This document shows positions 1-10,035 of a DNA stretch of 64,000 nt, piece by piece. Numbering within the stretch: position 1 is the first letter of the stretch; every line of letters begins with the position of its first letter. Position numbers and translations under genes: made by a program. Where the stretch lies: assembly GCA_963666275.2 (NCBI GenBank), contig CAXXOA010000002.1, forward strand, positions 448,001 through 512,000, read 5' to 3'. The DNA comes from Oceanispirochaeta sp. GTDB taxonomy: Bacteria; Spirochaetota; Spirochaetia; DSM-2461. The notes under the pieces were generated by a model that was given only the letters and a program-made list of their open reading frames with translations, did not search any database and was not told the DNA's origin.

Positions 1-709
1 GAATTCAGACTCCCTCCTTGTTTATCACGGTCATCAGTTCTCTCATATCCTGCGGAAATTCGAAACTTTATGTAAATTTGCCATTCAGTACGTCGCGTAT
101 CCCCTGGGAATTATGAACTATTCCAAATCACCGGACAGCCGGAAAAAACTGAAAACAGAACTGAGAGCCTATGAAGCTTCCCGACAGCTGGGACTGATAT
201 CCATCATTGGTCATACACACCGGCCGCTGTTTGAATCGCTTTCCAAAAAAGATTCTCTCAAATACAGGATTGATACCCTGATCCGGCGCTACCGGTCGGG
301 TTCACAGCAGGAGCAGATCAGGATAAGAAGCGAAATACGGCAGTGTCAGGAGGAGCTGAATCTAATGAAAGACAACAGTGAATTCCATATCAGCGAGCTC
401 TACAGTTCAGAAACCCTTCTGCCCTGTCTTTTCAATTCTGGCTGCGCGATAGGCAAACGGGGAATCACATCCCTGGAAATACACGAAGATGAAATTCAGC
501 TGATCTACTGGTACGATCAGTCAAAAATCTCCACAGCAACGGCACCGATCGGATACAACTATCATGAAATTCCCGGATCAACGCTGAGACGGGTCATTCT
601 CAACAGAGAGAGGCTGGACTACATTCAGGATAAAATCCGGCTTATGAATCCTCAGCCTTCTCTTTTCTGGCAAGATACATCTTTACCATTTCAGCCGCTT
701 CCAGACTGA
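1..709 (+). CDS. Calcineurin-like metallophosphoesterase, 5'-truncated by the window edge
   Basis: The frame is open from base 2 (NSDSLLVYHGHQF...), upstream of the ATG at 113. It has the metallophosphoesterase motifs LLVYHGHQ, IIGHTH and FNSG. The 3' end overlaps uvrC tail-to-tail by 68 nt. Confidence 0.7.
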   Translation, partial: NSDSLLVYHGHQFSHILRKFETLCKFAIQYVAYPLGIMNYSKSPDSRKKLKTELRAYEASRQLGLISIIGHTHRPLFESLSKKDSLKYRIDTLIRRYRSGSQQEQIRIRSEIRQCQEELNLMKDNSEFHISELYSSETLLPCLFNSGCAIGKRGITSLEIHEDEIQLIYWYDQSKISTATAPIGYNYHEIPGSTLRRVILNRERLDYIQDKIRLMNPQPSLFWQDTSLPFQPLPD

Positions 710-2459
710 TACCCGCAGATCCGGCTATTTCATCCACACCCGCAGCATAGAGTTTTTCCATGGAACCGAATGCCGTCAAAATTTTTTTGCTTCTGCTGGG
801 GCCAATTCCCGGAATATTCTCGAGAGATGAGAGGGTCAGTGTCTTTTTCCGCCGTTTCTGGTTATGGCTTGTCGCAAACCTGTGGGTTTCATCCCGGACA
901 TGCTGGAGGATACGGAGCGCCCGGTCTCCTTCGGGCAGATCGATAGGATCTTTTTCTCCCGGAAGAAATATCAGCTCCTCTCTTTTGGCAAGCCCTGCCA
1001 GAGGAATATCAAGCCCCAGGGCGTTCAGAACCTTCCAGGCAGCATTTACCTGACCTTTTCCACCGTCGATGAGAATAAGATCCGGTTTCTCCTTTCCTTC
1101 ATTCATAATCCGTGTATACCGCCGGGCAACTGCCTCGCTGATAGCTTTATAGTCGTCAATGTCTCCATCCAGAGAGCGGATATTGAAGTGCCTGTAGTTT
1201 TTTCTATCCGGATTGCCATCTTTAAATGAGATAAGAGAAGCAACGGTGAAATGCCCGTCCAGCTGGGCAATGTCAAAGCCTTCTATCCGGCGGGGGAGCT
1301 TCCTCAGACCCAGAAGGGTTTTCAGATCCTCCAGTGCCGGCTTGTTCCCCAGGTCCTGAAGTTTCCGTGCCAGATCCATCCTGGCATTTTCCACAGCCAT
1401 ATTCAGAACGGCCTGATCTTTTTTAGACTCGGGAAGCTCCAGCCTGAGATTTTCGGCTCCTGGAACCTCGCTCCTCAGATACTGCTGAATCAGGCTTCTG
1501 TCCTCCAGAGAAACAAAGACTGTTTCTGGGAAATCCCTGTCGGGAGAGGAGTAGTATCGGAGAAGGAACTCCTGGATCGCTTCGGGCGTGGAACCATAGT
1601 ACTCATTCCGGAAAGTCTCTTTGCCGAGAAGCTTTCCCGAGCGCATCTGAATAACGGCAAAAGCATAGTAGTCTCCCGAAACATCCGCACCGATATAGTC
1701 TCTGCTCTCCTGCTGAAAGTCCTCCACTTTCTGCTCTGTCTGCAATTTCTGAAGACTCAGCATGTTGTCCCTGATCTCTGCGGCTCTCTCAAACTCCAGA
1801 GCTTCAGAAGCCGCTTTCATCTCTTTCATCAGTTCCTTTTCCAGACCGACAGTTTTTCCGGACAGGAGATTCTTCGCCTTGTTTATACTTTTTCTATACT
1901 CTTCCCGGGAGACAAATCCGCAGCAGGGAGCCTCACATTTTCCCATATGATAATAGAGACAGGGTCTTTCCCTCTTTTTCAGGATCCGGCATTTCCGGAT
2001 GGGAAAGAGGGAATATATCAGTTCCACCGTGGCATCCAGGACTTTCACATCCGGATAGGGTCCGTAATACCTGGACCCGTCTTCCATAATATTTCTTGTT
2101 TTAAAGATCCGTGGAAAATCTTCATTGGTCACACGGATGACCGGATAACTTTTCCCGTCCTTCAGGTTTATGTTGTACCGGGGATTCCATTTTTTAATAA
2201 GGTTGTTTTCAAGAAGCAGCGCCTCATATTCGGATCCGGTGACGATATATTCGATATGATGGATTTTTTTCACAAGAGTTCTGGTTTTTACATCTTTCAC
2301 TCCGGAAAAATAGGACCTTACCCTGTTTTTAAGGCGGACCGCTTTCCCTATATAGATGATCTTTTTCCCTTCATCTTTCATAAGGTAGACACCCGGAGAA
2401 AGGGGAAAGTCTTTTATTTGATTAACAAGTCTCTCAACTCTATCTTTATTGTTTTCCAT
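642..2459 (-). CDS. uvrC: Excinuclease ABC subunit C
   Basis: GIY-YIG N-terminus (PGVYLM..IIYIGKA), UVR domain (LEFERAAEIRD), RNase H-like domain (RIEGFDIA, LIDGGKGQ, RDETHRFA) and C-terminal HhH (IPGIG). Confidence 0.97.
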   Translation of the reverse strand: MENNKDRVERLVNQIKDFPLSPGVYLMKDEGKKIIYIGKAVRLKNRVRSYFSGVKDVKTRTLVKKIHHIEYIVTGSEYEALLLENNLIKKWNPRYNINLKDGKSYPVIRVTNEDFPRIFKTRNIMEDGSRYYGPYPDVKVLDATVELIYSLFPIRKCRILKKRERPCLYYHMGKCEAPCCGFVSREEYRKSINKAKNLLSGKTVGLEKELMKEMKAASEALEFERAAEIRDNMLSLQKLQTEQKVEDFQQESRDYIGADVSGDYYAFAVIQMRSGKLLGKETFRNEYYGSTPEAIQEFLLRYYSSPDRDFPETVFVSLEDRSLIQQYLRSEVPGAENLRLELPESKKDQAVLNMAVENARMDLARKLQDLGNKPALEDLKTLLGLRKLPRRIEGFDIAQLDGHFTVASLISFKDGNPDRKNYRHFNIRSLDGDIDDYKAISEAVARRYTRIMNEGKEKPDLILIDGGKGQVNAAWKVLNALGLDIPLAGLAKREELIFLPGEKDPIDLPEGDRALRILQHVRDETHRFATSHNQKRRKKTLTLSSLENIPGIGPSRSKKILTAFGSMEKLYAAGVDEIAGSAGISLEAAEMVKMYLARKEKAEDS

Positions 2460-2490
2460 AAATCTCCGATATTATACGTAATCAGTAACC

Positions 2491-3969
2491 ATGAAAAAAG
2501 ATACAACTACCCTGATTTTAATGCTATTTCTCCTCTTTGCCTCCATTCCAGCCTTTTCAGAAACCATTTCCATCGGGAATGAAGACGAATGGCGCGGGGC
2601 GAATCTGAACAATCTGAAAACATCTGCCGGACGCGGAGGCTTTCAGGATCTTGTTATTAACACGACAGAACTGAATGTTTCCGGGACAACAGACCTCCTC
2701 CTCTCTTTCAACGCTCCGGCGGCTCAGGATAAAACAGGTCTCTATACCATACTGGAAAATCCCGATTATAACGGTGACTTTAAAAAAACAGGTTCCTCCA
2801 GTGCGGCTTTCTTCAATAACAAGAAAATGGTTCTTGAGCCTCAGGAAGGATCGAGACTGGCTCCCCATACAAACTGGGAGGATTTTACCATTGAATTCTG
2901 GCTGTATCCGGCCAACCCCAAAGAGGGAGAACAGATCCTGCAATGGAAAGGACTGGGACGCCTGGATTCCCAGATTTTTTCCCAGACAATCAACTGTCAT
3001 TTCCTGAACAGAAAAATGGTCTGGAGTTTTGATAACTTCTTTCAGCTGCCGGGAAGCCCTTTTTCCCATTATGAAATTTCAGGACCACCTCTTCTCCCCC
3101 GTCAGTGGCATCATCATATGCTCCGCTATGAGAGCAGTACCGGAATGCTGGAATATCTGATTGACGGACTGCCCGCCGCCATCATTTATACAACATCCAG
3201 CGGGAATGAATCCCATACGGTCTATACTCCCCGGATCGGAGAAGAACCGGGAAATCTGGTGATCGGAGAGAGCCTCACCGGTTTCATGGATGAATTCAGG
3301 ATAGATACCACCTTTATAAGTAACAGGTCTCTCAACCGGTATTACAAGCCCGGTTACGGCATTTCCAGAATCATAGACCTGAACTATCCGGATTCCAGGA
3401 TCAGCAGCCTGACTCCCGTCCTTTCAGAGCCTGGAAGTTCCAAGGTGTTTCCCTACTTTTTTACAACCAATAACCTTCTGGAAGCAGAAGAGATCCTAAG
3501 ATCCTTTTCAGGAGAGTCCTCTATACTGGATAAGGATTCCCCCTGGACGGGGTTTGAAGAGCTGGATAACCCGGCAAAGGGGCGGTATCTGCTTATATCA
3601 TTTCTTCTCTATCCGGATCTGAAGCTGGATCAGACTCCCCGTCTGTCATCCATAAATATTGAATATGAACCTTCCCTTCCTCCGCTTCCTCCCACATACA
3701 TTACTGTAGAACGGCTGGAAACCGGTTCTGTATCTCTGAAATGGAACAGATCCCCCTCTCCCGAAGTAAAAGGCTATCTTGTCTTTTTCGGTGAAAAACC
3801 GGGAGAGTATATATACCCCGGCAGCCCCATGGATGCGGGAAGGGAAAATTCCATTGAAATCCATGGACTTTCTCCGTTTAAGCAGTTTTTTTTCTCCGTT
3901 AAGGCTTATAATGAAGGAGAAATTCCCCAATATAGTGATTTCTCTGAAGAGATATCTATTCGTCCCTAA
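2491..3969 (+). CDS. Exported LamG/concanavalin A-like lectin domain protein with C-terminal fibronectin type III domain
   Basis: Signal peptide, LamG-like motifs (FTIEFWLYP, QWHH..YLIDG, GFMDEFRI) and FN3-like C-terminus (VSLKWN..VKGYLV..FSVKAYN). Confidence 0.7.
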   Translation: MKKDTTTLILMLFLLFASIPAFSETISIGNEDEWRGANLNNLKTSAGRGGFQDLVINTTELNVSGTTDLLLSFNAPAAQDKTGLYTILENPDYNGDFKKTGSSSAAFFNNKKMVLEPQEGSRLAPHTNWEDFTIEFWLYPANPKEGEQILQWKGLGRLDSQIFSQTINCHFLNRKMVWSFDNFFQLPGSPFSHYEISGPPLLPRQWHHHMLRYESSTGMLEYLIDGLPAAIIYTTSSGNESHTVYTPRIGEEPGNLVIGESLTGFMDEFRIDTTFISNRSLNRYYKPGYGISRIIDLNYPDSRISSLTPVLSEPGSSKVFPYFFTTNNLLEAEEILRSFSGESSILDKDSPWTGFEELDNPAKGRYLLISFLLYPDLKLDQTPRLSSINIEYEPSLPPLPPTYITVERLETGSVSLKWNRSPSPEVKGYLVFFGEKPGEYIYPGSPMDAGRENSIEIHGLSPFKQFFFSVKAYNEGEIPQYSDFSEEISIRP

Positions 3970-3980
3970 GGAAAATATAT

Positions 3981-6296
3981 ATGCCTGATCAGAAAAGCCA
4001 GTACAACAAAGCTGTTTCCGCCTATCTTCTTGAGGATTATCCTCTGGCTAAAAAACTGACCGAAAAACTCATTGCTGATTACGGTGACAAACCGGTTTAT
4101 AATATCCTTCTCGGAAATATTTACCAGGCCCAGGAAGATCTGGAAAGCTCTGTTAAATCCTACAAAAAAGCCCTGGAGCAATCTCCGGATAATCCGGAAG
4201 CCTACAACAACATAGGAGTTGTCTACAAAAAGAGCGGAGAGTTTCAGAAAGCCCTGACCGCATTCCAGCAGGCCAGGGAACTGTCTCCGGACAGGGCAGA
4301 TATCTGTTACAATCTGGGGAATCTTTACAAACAGTTTGAAGATTATGAAAATGCGGAAATATGGTACCAGAAATCTATCGAGATAGATCCCTCCTATATT
4401 AATGCCTATAACAACCTGGGAACTATCTTTGAAAAGAACAAGGATATCGATAAAGCTCAGGAAATCTATAAACAGGCTCTGTCTATTGATAAGAATAATG
4501 CAACCCTTCTCTATAATCTGGGAATCTCCTACGAAGAGAAGGGGGATTTTGCAGAAGCCCAGTCATCCTATGAAAAATCCTTGAAGTTCCGTCCCGGCTG
4601 GACTCCCAGTCTCAATAACCTGGGATCTGTGCTTCACAACCAGGGAAAGGAAAATGAGGCTGAGAAGCAGTTCAATCAGTTATTGAAAAAGGACCCTGAG
4701 AATGTCCATGCCATGACGGGCATAGGATCTATCTATGCTTCAAAGGGAGATAATAACAGGGCGCGTCAGTTCTTTAAAAAGGCCCTGTCAGTCGATCCCT
4801 CCTACAAATCGGCAACGATCAACCTTAAAAATATCTATGTTAAAGAGAATTCTTTTCAGGAAGCTCTGGAGGAATTGAACAGACAGGCCACATTTCACCC
4901 TAAAGACATGGATATTCAGTATCAGATCGGGAGCATTCTTAAAAAGCTGGAAAGGAAGAAAGAAGCTGAACAGGTTTTTAACAGAATCCTAGACCGGGAT
5001 CAGGACAATATAAACGTCTATAAGGAACTGGCTCAGATCTATGCGGATATGGAAAGGCCTGAACGGCTCAGATCCTGTCTGATTGAGATTCAGAAAAGGG
5101 ATCCCCAGGACAGGGAAATTCTGAAAATACTCTCTGAAACCTATCTCAAGAGAGACAGGCTGGAAGAGGCCGAGCTCTACATTGATCAGTATCTGGAAAC
5201 CTATCCGGATGATCGGGGGGCCCTGAAAATCAAAGCCCAGATCCTTCAGAAATCTTCCGATCCCGAAGGGGCCTCTGAAATTTACAGCAGGATAGGCAAT
5301 GATCCCGAGCTGAACTCTGATCCTGCCATGCTGACCGATATGGCCGAAGCGTTCTTTAAATCCGGCAACAGAGAGAAAGCTGTCGCGAAACTGGAGCAGC
5401 TAGTCAATCTCCACGGCTCCATGAGTACAGGCGATAATATCGATGATCTTGCCAATACCCTGGATCTCTATGAAAAAACGGTTTCCTCTTTTGAACAGGG
5501 AGAGGGAAGCCAATGGCAGAATAATCTTGAAAAAATGCGTCATATCACTCTGAGGGACAGGCAGAATCAGAAAAATGAATCCGCCATGGATGAATCCTCT
5601 ATAAGTCAGATCCCTGTGGAATCCGAAGATGCCATAAGCCTGCTGGATATATCGGCCATGGAGCCTGTAATCCGGATCAATGAAGAAGAAGATACCCTTT
5701 TTCTGGAAGAGGAAACGGAAATTTTCAATGAACAGTTCATAGAATTGGAAGATCAGGAAGATGAGGAGGAAGAACCGGAAGAGGCAGTTCCGGAACCGGT
5801 CGCTCCCCAGCAGGAGCCGCCCTATTATCCTCCCGCGCCCCCTCAGGATGTCTATCCGGAAACCCAGTATTTTCCGCCGGAGGAAATGCCCCCCTCTCAG
5901 CCGCTGCCACCTGAAACGCCACCGGTAGAAGATGAGGAGAAAAAAGACGGGGAAAAACTCAATATTGCGGGAATGATCAACTATCTTTTTGAACTGTCTC
6001 ACGACCTTCCTCAGGAGAAGAAAGAGATCCTCATAGAAAAGTCTATTCCTCTTAAAATGGCCTCTGTGGTTAAACGACTTTCCAATGGAGCCCATTTTAA
6101 AGACAAGGTTTCCCGATACGATAGAAGGAACAGAAACAGGAAGGACTACAAACTGAGTGAAAAGAAACTGGGAGACTCCATGCATGCTTTCCAGGACCTG
6201 GCCAATATGCATCCGGATTCTCTGATAAGTTCAACGTTCAAAAGAAAAATGGATGATCTGATCTCCAAGCTCAAACCCTATATGAAAGAGGATTAG
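3981..6296 (+). CDS. TPR repeat protein with acidic/proline-rich linker
   Basis: Many TPR units (AYNNIGVVY, YNLGNLY, AYNNLGTIF, LYNLGISY, LNNLGSVL), then an E/P-rich low-complexity region and a C-terminal helical domain. Confidence 0.85.
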   Translation: MPDQKSQYNKAVSAYLLEDYPLAKKLTEKLIADYGDKPVYNILLGNIYQAQEDLESSVKSYKKALEQSPDNPEAYNNIGVVYKKSGEFQKALTAFQQARELSPDRADICYNLGNLYKQFEDYENAEIWYQKSIEIDPSYINAYNNLGTIFEKNKDIDKAQEIYKQALSIDKNNATLLYNLGISYEEKGDFAEAQSSYEKSLKFRPGWTPSLNNLGSVLHNQGKENEAEKQFNQLLKKDPENVHAMTGIGSIYASKGDNNRARQFFKKALSVDPSYKSATINLKNIYVKENSFQEALEELNRQATFHPKDMDIQYQIGSILKKLERKKEAEQVFNRILDRDQDNINVYKELAQIYADMERPERLRSCLIEIQKRDPQDREILKILSETYLKRDRLEEAELYIDQYLETYPDDRGALKIKAQILQKSSDPEGASEIYSRIGNDPELNSDPAMLTDMAEAFFKSGNREKAVAKLEQLVNLHGSMSTGDNIDDLANTLDLYEKTVSSFEQGEGSQWQNNLEKMRHITLRDRQNQKNESAMDESSISQIPVESEDAISLLDISAMEPVIRINEEEDTLFLEEETEIFNEQFIELEDQEDEEEEPEEAVPEPVAPQQEPPYYPPAPPQDVYPETQYFPPEEMPPSQPLPPETPPVEDEEKKDGEKLNIAGMINYLFELSHDLPQEKKEILIEKSIPLKMASVVKRLSNGAHFKDKVSRYDRRNRNRKDYKLSEKKLGDSMHAFQDLANMHPDSLISSTFKRKMDDLISKLKPYMKED

Positions 6297-6298
6297 GT

Positions 6299-6904
6299 CT
6301 AATCCTTTTCCCTGAGCACGACTCCCCCGCTGGATAAATCCCGGATAAGGGTGGTGCACTCTTCCATATGCCGGTCGGGAATCGAAAATTCCATCGTCAC
6401 ATCCGTTTCGAAATCCTCATTGACAATGATCCCTTCCGAAGAAAGTAAGGTTTTTTTAATCTGCTCATACAGAGAATAAGGACAGACCAGGGAGCACTCC
6501 GTCCGTGAGATCTTTTCAAGAGGTTCCACAGTTTCAAGGACATCCCGGGCTGCTCTGGTATAGGCGCTGACAAGGCCTCCGGTTCCCAGTTTGATCCCTC
6601 CGAAGTAACGTATGACCAGTATAAGAATATTCGTCATTCCGCTGCCTTTTAAAACTTCAAGCACCGGTTTGCCTGCTGTACCGTGGGGCTCGCCGTCATC
6701 ACTCATACCGAATACAGAACGGGCATCTCCTATGATATAGGCCCATACGACATGGCGGCTCTGAGGATGGGCATTCCTGGTTTCTTTTAAAAGGCCTCTG
6801 ACCTGTTCTGCATCATCCACAGGCAGGCAGAGGCTTATAAAACGAGATTTTTTTTCCTGAAACTCAGATTCCCCCGGACCCGAGGGGATTAATACTTTTT
6901 CCAT
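6299..6904 (-). CDS. yigZ: YigZ/IMPACT family protein
   Basis: Motifs EKKSRF, SDDGEPHGTAG and RYFGGIKLGTGGLVSAY. Confidence 0.92.
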   Translation of the reverse strand: MEKVLIPSGPGESEFQEKKSRFISLCLPVDDAEQVRGLLKETRNAHPQSRHVVWAYIIGDARSVFGMSDDGEPHGTAGKPVLEVLKGSGMTNILILVIRYFGGIKLGTGGLVSAYTRAARDVLETVEPLEKISRTECSLVCPYSLYEQIKKTLLSSEGIIVNEDFETDVTMEFSIPDRHMEECTTLIRDLSSGGVVLREKD

Positions 6905-7085
6905 TTATTTTTTTTCCTATATATAGGATTCAATGCTATAATAAAAATTCTACTACATTCAATTTTTTATCTCATCACAATCATTAAAAACTATTTCAAA
7001 CATTGAGTTTATTAAGAATTTATAGTATTATACAAAATTCACAATAAAATAAGATTATGACTCATATAATAGCAAGGAGCTATAG

Positions 7086-8510
7086 TTGATAAAAAAAGAT
7101 TTTCCCAAAATACATTATTACGACCAGGATTTTGTCGATATCTATAACCGTTCCTGGGCATGGATACAGGACTTCTGGCTCAAGGGGAATACAGAATTAA
7201 ATGTAAAGAACAGTTTCTTTAATTATAACGAATATGAAACCATTAATTTGTTCGAAACCTCTGTATCCACTTTCTTCATGGTATACAACAACAATAAATA
7301 TCCCGTGGCACCTATGCTGGATAACTTTTATGCACTGCAGGAGGAAAACGGAGCAATACGCCTTGAATACAATCTGAAAGAAGGGAAACCTGTCTTTACT
7401 CCCGGCAACCCCGAGGGTGTTTCTCCTCCTCTTCTCGCATGGGTTGAGTATAATCTCTACCATAAAGTAGGACAGAAAAAACGGATCAAAGAGATCATGC
7501 CCTATCTGGAACGCTACTATTCCTGGCTGGATGTCACATTCAAGGATCAGGATACGGGCCTCTATGCCGTTCCTCTCGAAGGGACCATGATGGAAAATGC
7601 CCCCCGTGAAGGCATGTATTATCCCATAGACTTCAATTCCCAGCAGGCGCTGAACTCTCTTTACATGTCAGCTCTGGGAGATATCCTCAACGATAAGGAA
7701 CTCAGTTTTAAATATAAAAAACAGTACTTTTCCCTGAAAACCAGAATCAACAGTATGATGTGGAATGAAGAGGAACATATCTACTATGACCTGGATAAGG
7801 ATCTGCAGCAGATAAAAGTCAAAACAGCGGCGGCATTCTGGCCTCTTCTGGCAGAAATTCCCAATGAAGCCCGGGCGGAAGATATTATAGAACTGCTGAA
7901 AGACCCCGATCATTTTGGCACTGATAACCCTTTTCCCTCTCTTTCTGCCAGTGAAGCAGCCTTTGATAAAAAAGGAAACGGCTACTGCGGTTCGGTATTT
8001 CCCTTTCTGACCTTTATGATCATCAAAGGTCTTGAAAAATATGCCCGATACGATTTTGCCCGAGAGTGTGCGATCAGACATCTCTACTATGTTCTTGATA
8101 CATTTCATCCCGACGGTAACAAGAAGGGAACCCTCTGGGAAGCCTATGCACCTCTCAACGAGGGACCGGCCCAATGGAACGATGAGGAAAGGGAGAACAA
8201 GTCTCTCTACCTTCCCTATGCCGCACTTTCCACCATAACCCTCATGATCGAAAACGTTGTGGGTCTGTACATCTCCCTTCCCCGTAAAACTGTCGACTGG
8301 ATCGTTCCGACACTGGAACTTATGGGTATTGAAGATCTATCGCTGAAGCGGAATATGATCACTATTCTGAGTAACAAAAGCGGGAGAGGATGGGAAATCC
8401 GTCTGGAGTCTGAAAAACTCTACTATTTCACCATTGATATCCTGGGAGAGAAGAAGAAAACCCTTCCCATCCCCTCCGGAAAATGCTCCATGCTTATCGA
8501 CAAACTCTAG
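7086..8510 (+). CDS. MGH1/GH63-like (alpha/alpha)6 glycoside hydrolase (trehalase-like)
   Basis: TTG start after AAGGAG. Motifs PPLLAW, MENAPR, IDFNSQQA, MWNEE..YYD, GYCGSVFP and LWEAY resemble the GH63/GH37 clan. Confidence 0.7.
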   Translation: MIKKDFPKIHYYDQDFVDIYNRSWAWIQDFWLKGNTELNVKNSFFNYNEYETINLFETSVSTFFMVYNNNKYPVAPMLDNFYALQEENGAIRLEYNLKEGKPVFTPGNPEGVSPPLLAWVEYNLYHKVGQKKRIKEIMPYLERYYSWLDVTFKDQDTGLYAVPLEGTMMENAPREGMYYPIDFNSQQALNSLYMSALGDILNDKELSFKYKKQYFSLKTRINSMMWNEEEHIYYDLDKDLQQIKVKTAAAFWPLLAEIPNEARAEDIIELLKDPDHFGTDNPFPSLSASEAAFDKKGNGYCGSVFPFLTFMIIKGLEKYARYDFARECAIRHLYYVLDTFHPDGNKKGTLWEAYAPLNEGPAQWNDEERENKSLYLPYAALSTITLMIENVVGLYISLPRKTVDWIVPTLELMGIEDLSLKRNMITILSNKSGRGWEIRLESEKLYYFTIDILGEKKKTLPIPSGKCSMLIDKL

Positions 8511-8524
8511 GAACAGTCAAATAG

Positions 8525-8553
8525 AAAAAAAGCAGCCTCCGGGCTGCTTTTTT
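8525..8553. terminator. Bidirectional intrinsic terminator between the GH63-like gene and recR
   Basis: A7-GCAGCC-tccg-GGCTGC-T6 between convergent genes. Confidence 0.85.
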
Positions 8554-9151
8554 AATCTTCAGTTCTAAATACCATTCGTCCTCTCAAAGCTCGTGAGATG
8601 CTCATTTTGTCGGCATATTCCATATCCCCGCCCACAGGCAGACCGGAAGCAATTCTGGATACAACGATATCTCGATCCTTCAGAATATGCCGGATATAGA
8701 GGGCAGTCGAATCCCCTTCCAGTGTCGGATTCGTGGCCAGAATAAGCTCTTTGATTCCCAGGGCCTCTATCCTTTTCAATAACTTGTCAAATCCCAGTTC
8801 TTCCGGTCCTATTCCATCCAGAGGGGCCAGGACTCCATGCAGAACATGATAGTATCCTTTAAAATCACCTGTGCTTTCAATCATCTGCACATCCTGTGAT
8901 TCCTCTACGACACACAGAGATGTGGTATCCCGGGAGGGAGAGGAGCAGATGGAACACAGGTCCTCCTCTGTAAAATTACCGCACTCTCTGCATTTGTGAA
9001 TTCTCTCTTTCAGCTCCGCAATCGACTGGGAAAGTTTACGATTATAATCTTCATCCCCTTTCAACAGAGAGTAGGCCATCCTGGCGGCACTTTTCTTTCC
9101 AATCCCCGGCAGCCGCGATAAAAGGGATATGAGATTATCCAGTGTATTCAT
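8552..9151 (-). CDS. recR: Recombination mediator RecR
   Basis: LPGIGKKSA HhH, C4 zinc finger (CRECGN..CSIC) and Toprim (ATNPTLEGDSTA). Confidence 0.97.
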   Translation of the reverse strand: MNTLDNLISLLSRLPGIGKKSAARMAYSLLKGDEDYNRKLSQSIAELKERIHKCRECGNFTEEDLCSICSSPSRDTTSLCVVEESQDVQMIESTGDFKGYYHVLHGVLAPLDGIGPEELGFDKLLKRIEALGIKELILATNPTLEGDSTALYIRHILKDRDIVVSRIASGLPVGGDMEYADKMSISRALRGRMVFRTED

Positions 9152-9472
9152 CTACACTCCGGGAAATCCGGGGGGAATAGGCATTCCGGTTACATCTGAC
9201 ATTTCATCGCGAATTTTCTCTTTTATTTTTCCATAGGCAGCAGTACAGGCGGAAACAATGAGTTCTTCCAGCATTTTGACATCCCGGGGATCAACGGCCA
9301 CAGGATCAATGGCAATACCTGTGATCTCCATCTGGCCATTCATAGTAACTTTTACAAGATCACCGCCGGCACCGCCTTCTGCGGATATACCTTTCAGTCT
9401 CTCCTGCATATCACCCATTTTACCCTGGATATCCTGAAGGTTTTTCATAAATTCCATAGGATTGAAGTCCAT
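9152..9472 (-). CDS. ybaB: YbaB/EbfC nucleoid-associated protein
   Basis: Motif GGAGGDLVKVTMNG..LEELIVSA, in the canonical position between dnaX and recR. Confidence 0.93.
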   Translation of the reverse strand: MDFNPMEFMKNLQDIQGKMGDMQERLKGISAEGGAGGDLVKVTMNGQMEITGIAIDPVAVDPRDVKMLEELIVSACTAAYGKIKEKIRDEMSDVTGMPIPPGFPGV

Positions 9473-9525
9473 TGAATGCTCCTTATATTTCCCTGATTCA
9501 TCCGGTAAAATTCCGGAGAGTTGGC

Positions 9526-10035
9526 TCAGGGCTTTTTAATAATTGTTCCACGGAAAACAGACCGGACAAGTTCAACCTGTTCTTCCAGCTGCTTTTCTTC
9601 ATGGGATTCATTTTTCTTTACTGCTGCCGTAAACAAGACCTGCCAGCCCAGCTCTTTAAGGATAATTTTTTCTATAGTACGAAACTCTTTTTTCACAAGA
9701 GACCCCGCAAAAGGGCTGTCAAAAAGGAGAGTGATATTACTCTCTTCTTTCTTCCATTTTACAGCTTTTTCAAGTCCCGCAGCGATTGAAATGCTTTCCC
9801 GCCTCAGAACTGTCAGAATTTTCTGTTTCAGTTCTTCCACATCTGTTTCAGGGACAACGGATGCTGCAGCCGTTTCAGAAGCTTTTTCTTCCGGGACGGG
9901 TATCTCCGGTTTCACTTCCACCTCTGCCGGTGGTTCCGGTTCTTTCATCACCGGTGAGGCTTTGGCGGGCTGATGTCCCATTTCCTGAATTTTTTTATCA
10001 AACGCCTGAGACAGGGGTGTCTCAGGCGGATTCAG
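9526..10035 (-). CDS. dnaX: C-terminal (tau-specific) segment of DnaX, in the -1 frame relative to the dnaX 5' part
   Basis: The frame is open from the A12 run (KLNPPETPLSQAFDKKIQEMGHQ...). It encodes a P/E-rich linker and ends VELVRSVFRGTII, resembling the C-terminal F-x-G motif of tau proteins. Confidence 0.75.
   Translation of the reverse strand: MNPPETPLSQAFDKKIQEMGHQPAKASPVMKEPEPPAEVEVKPEIPVPEEKASETAAASVVPETDVEELKQKILTVLRRESISIAAGLEKAVKWKKEESNITLLFDSPFAGSLVKKEFRTIEKIILKELGWQVLFTAAVKKNESHEEKQLEEQVELVRSVFRGTIIKKP

Noticed and set aside
1251..2582. Long antisense ORFs (443 aa here; also 5400-6212, 50972-51910, 55687-56757 and 58571-59353)
   Set aside because: They are antisense to well-supported genes (uvrC, TPR, proS, GH13, lysA), show no motifs, and are explained by codon bias.
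5740..5945. Glu/Pro-rich repetitive DNA in the TPR gene
   Set aside because: A low-complexity protein linker, not a tandem DNA repeat or mobile element.
9544..9559. parS-like TGTTCCACGGAAAACA inside the dnaX C-terminal segment
   Set aside because: Two mismatches break the palindrome, and the sequence is explained by the VFRGT coding motif. At best a weak secondary site.
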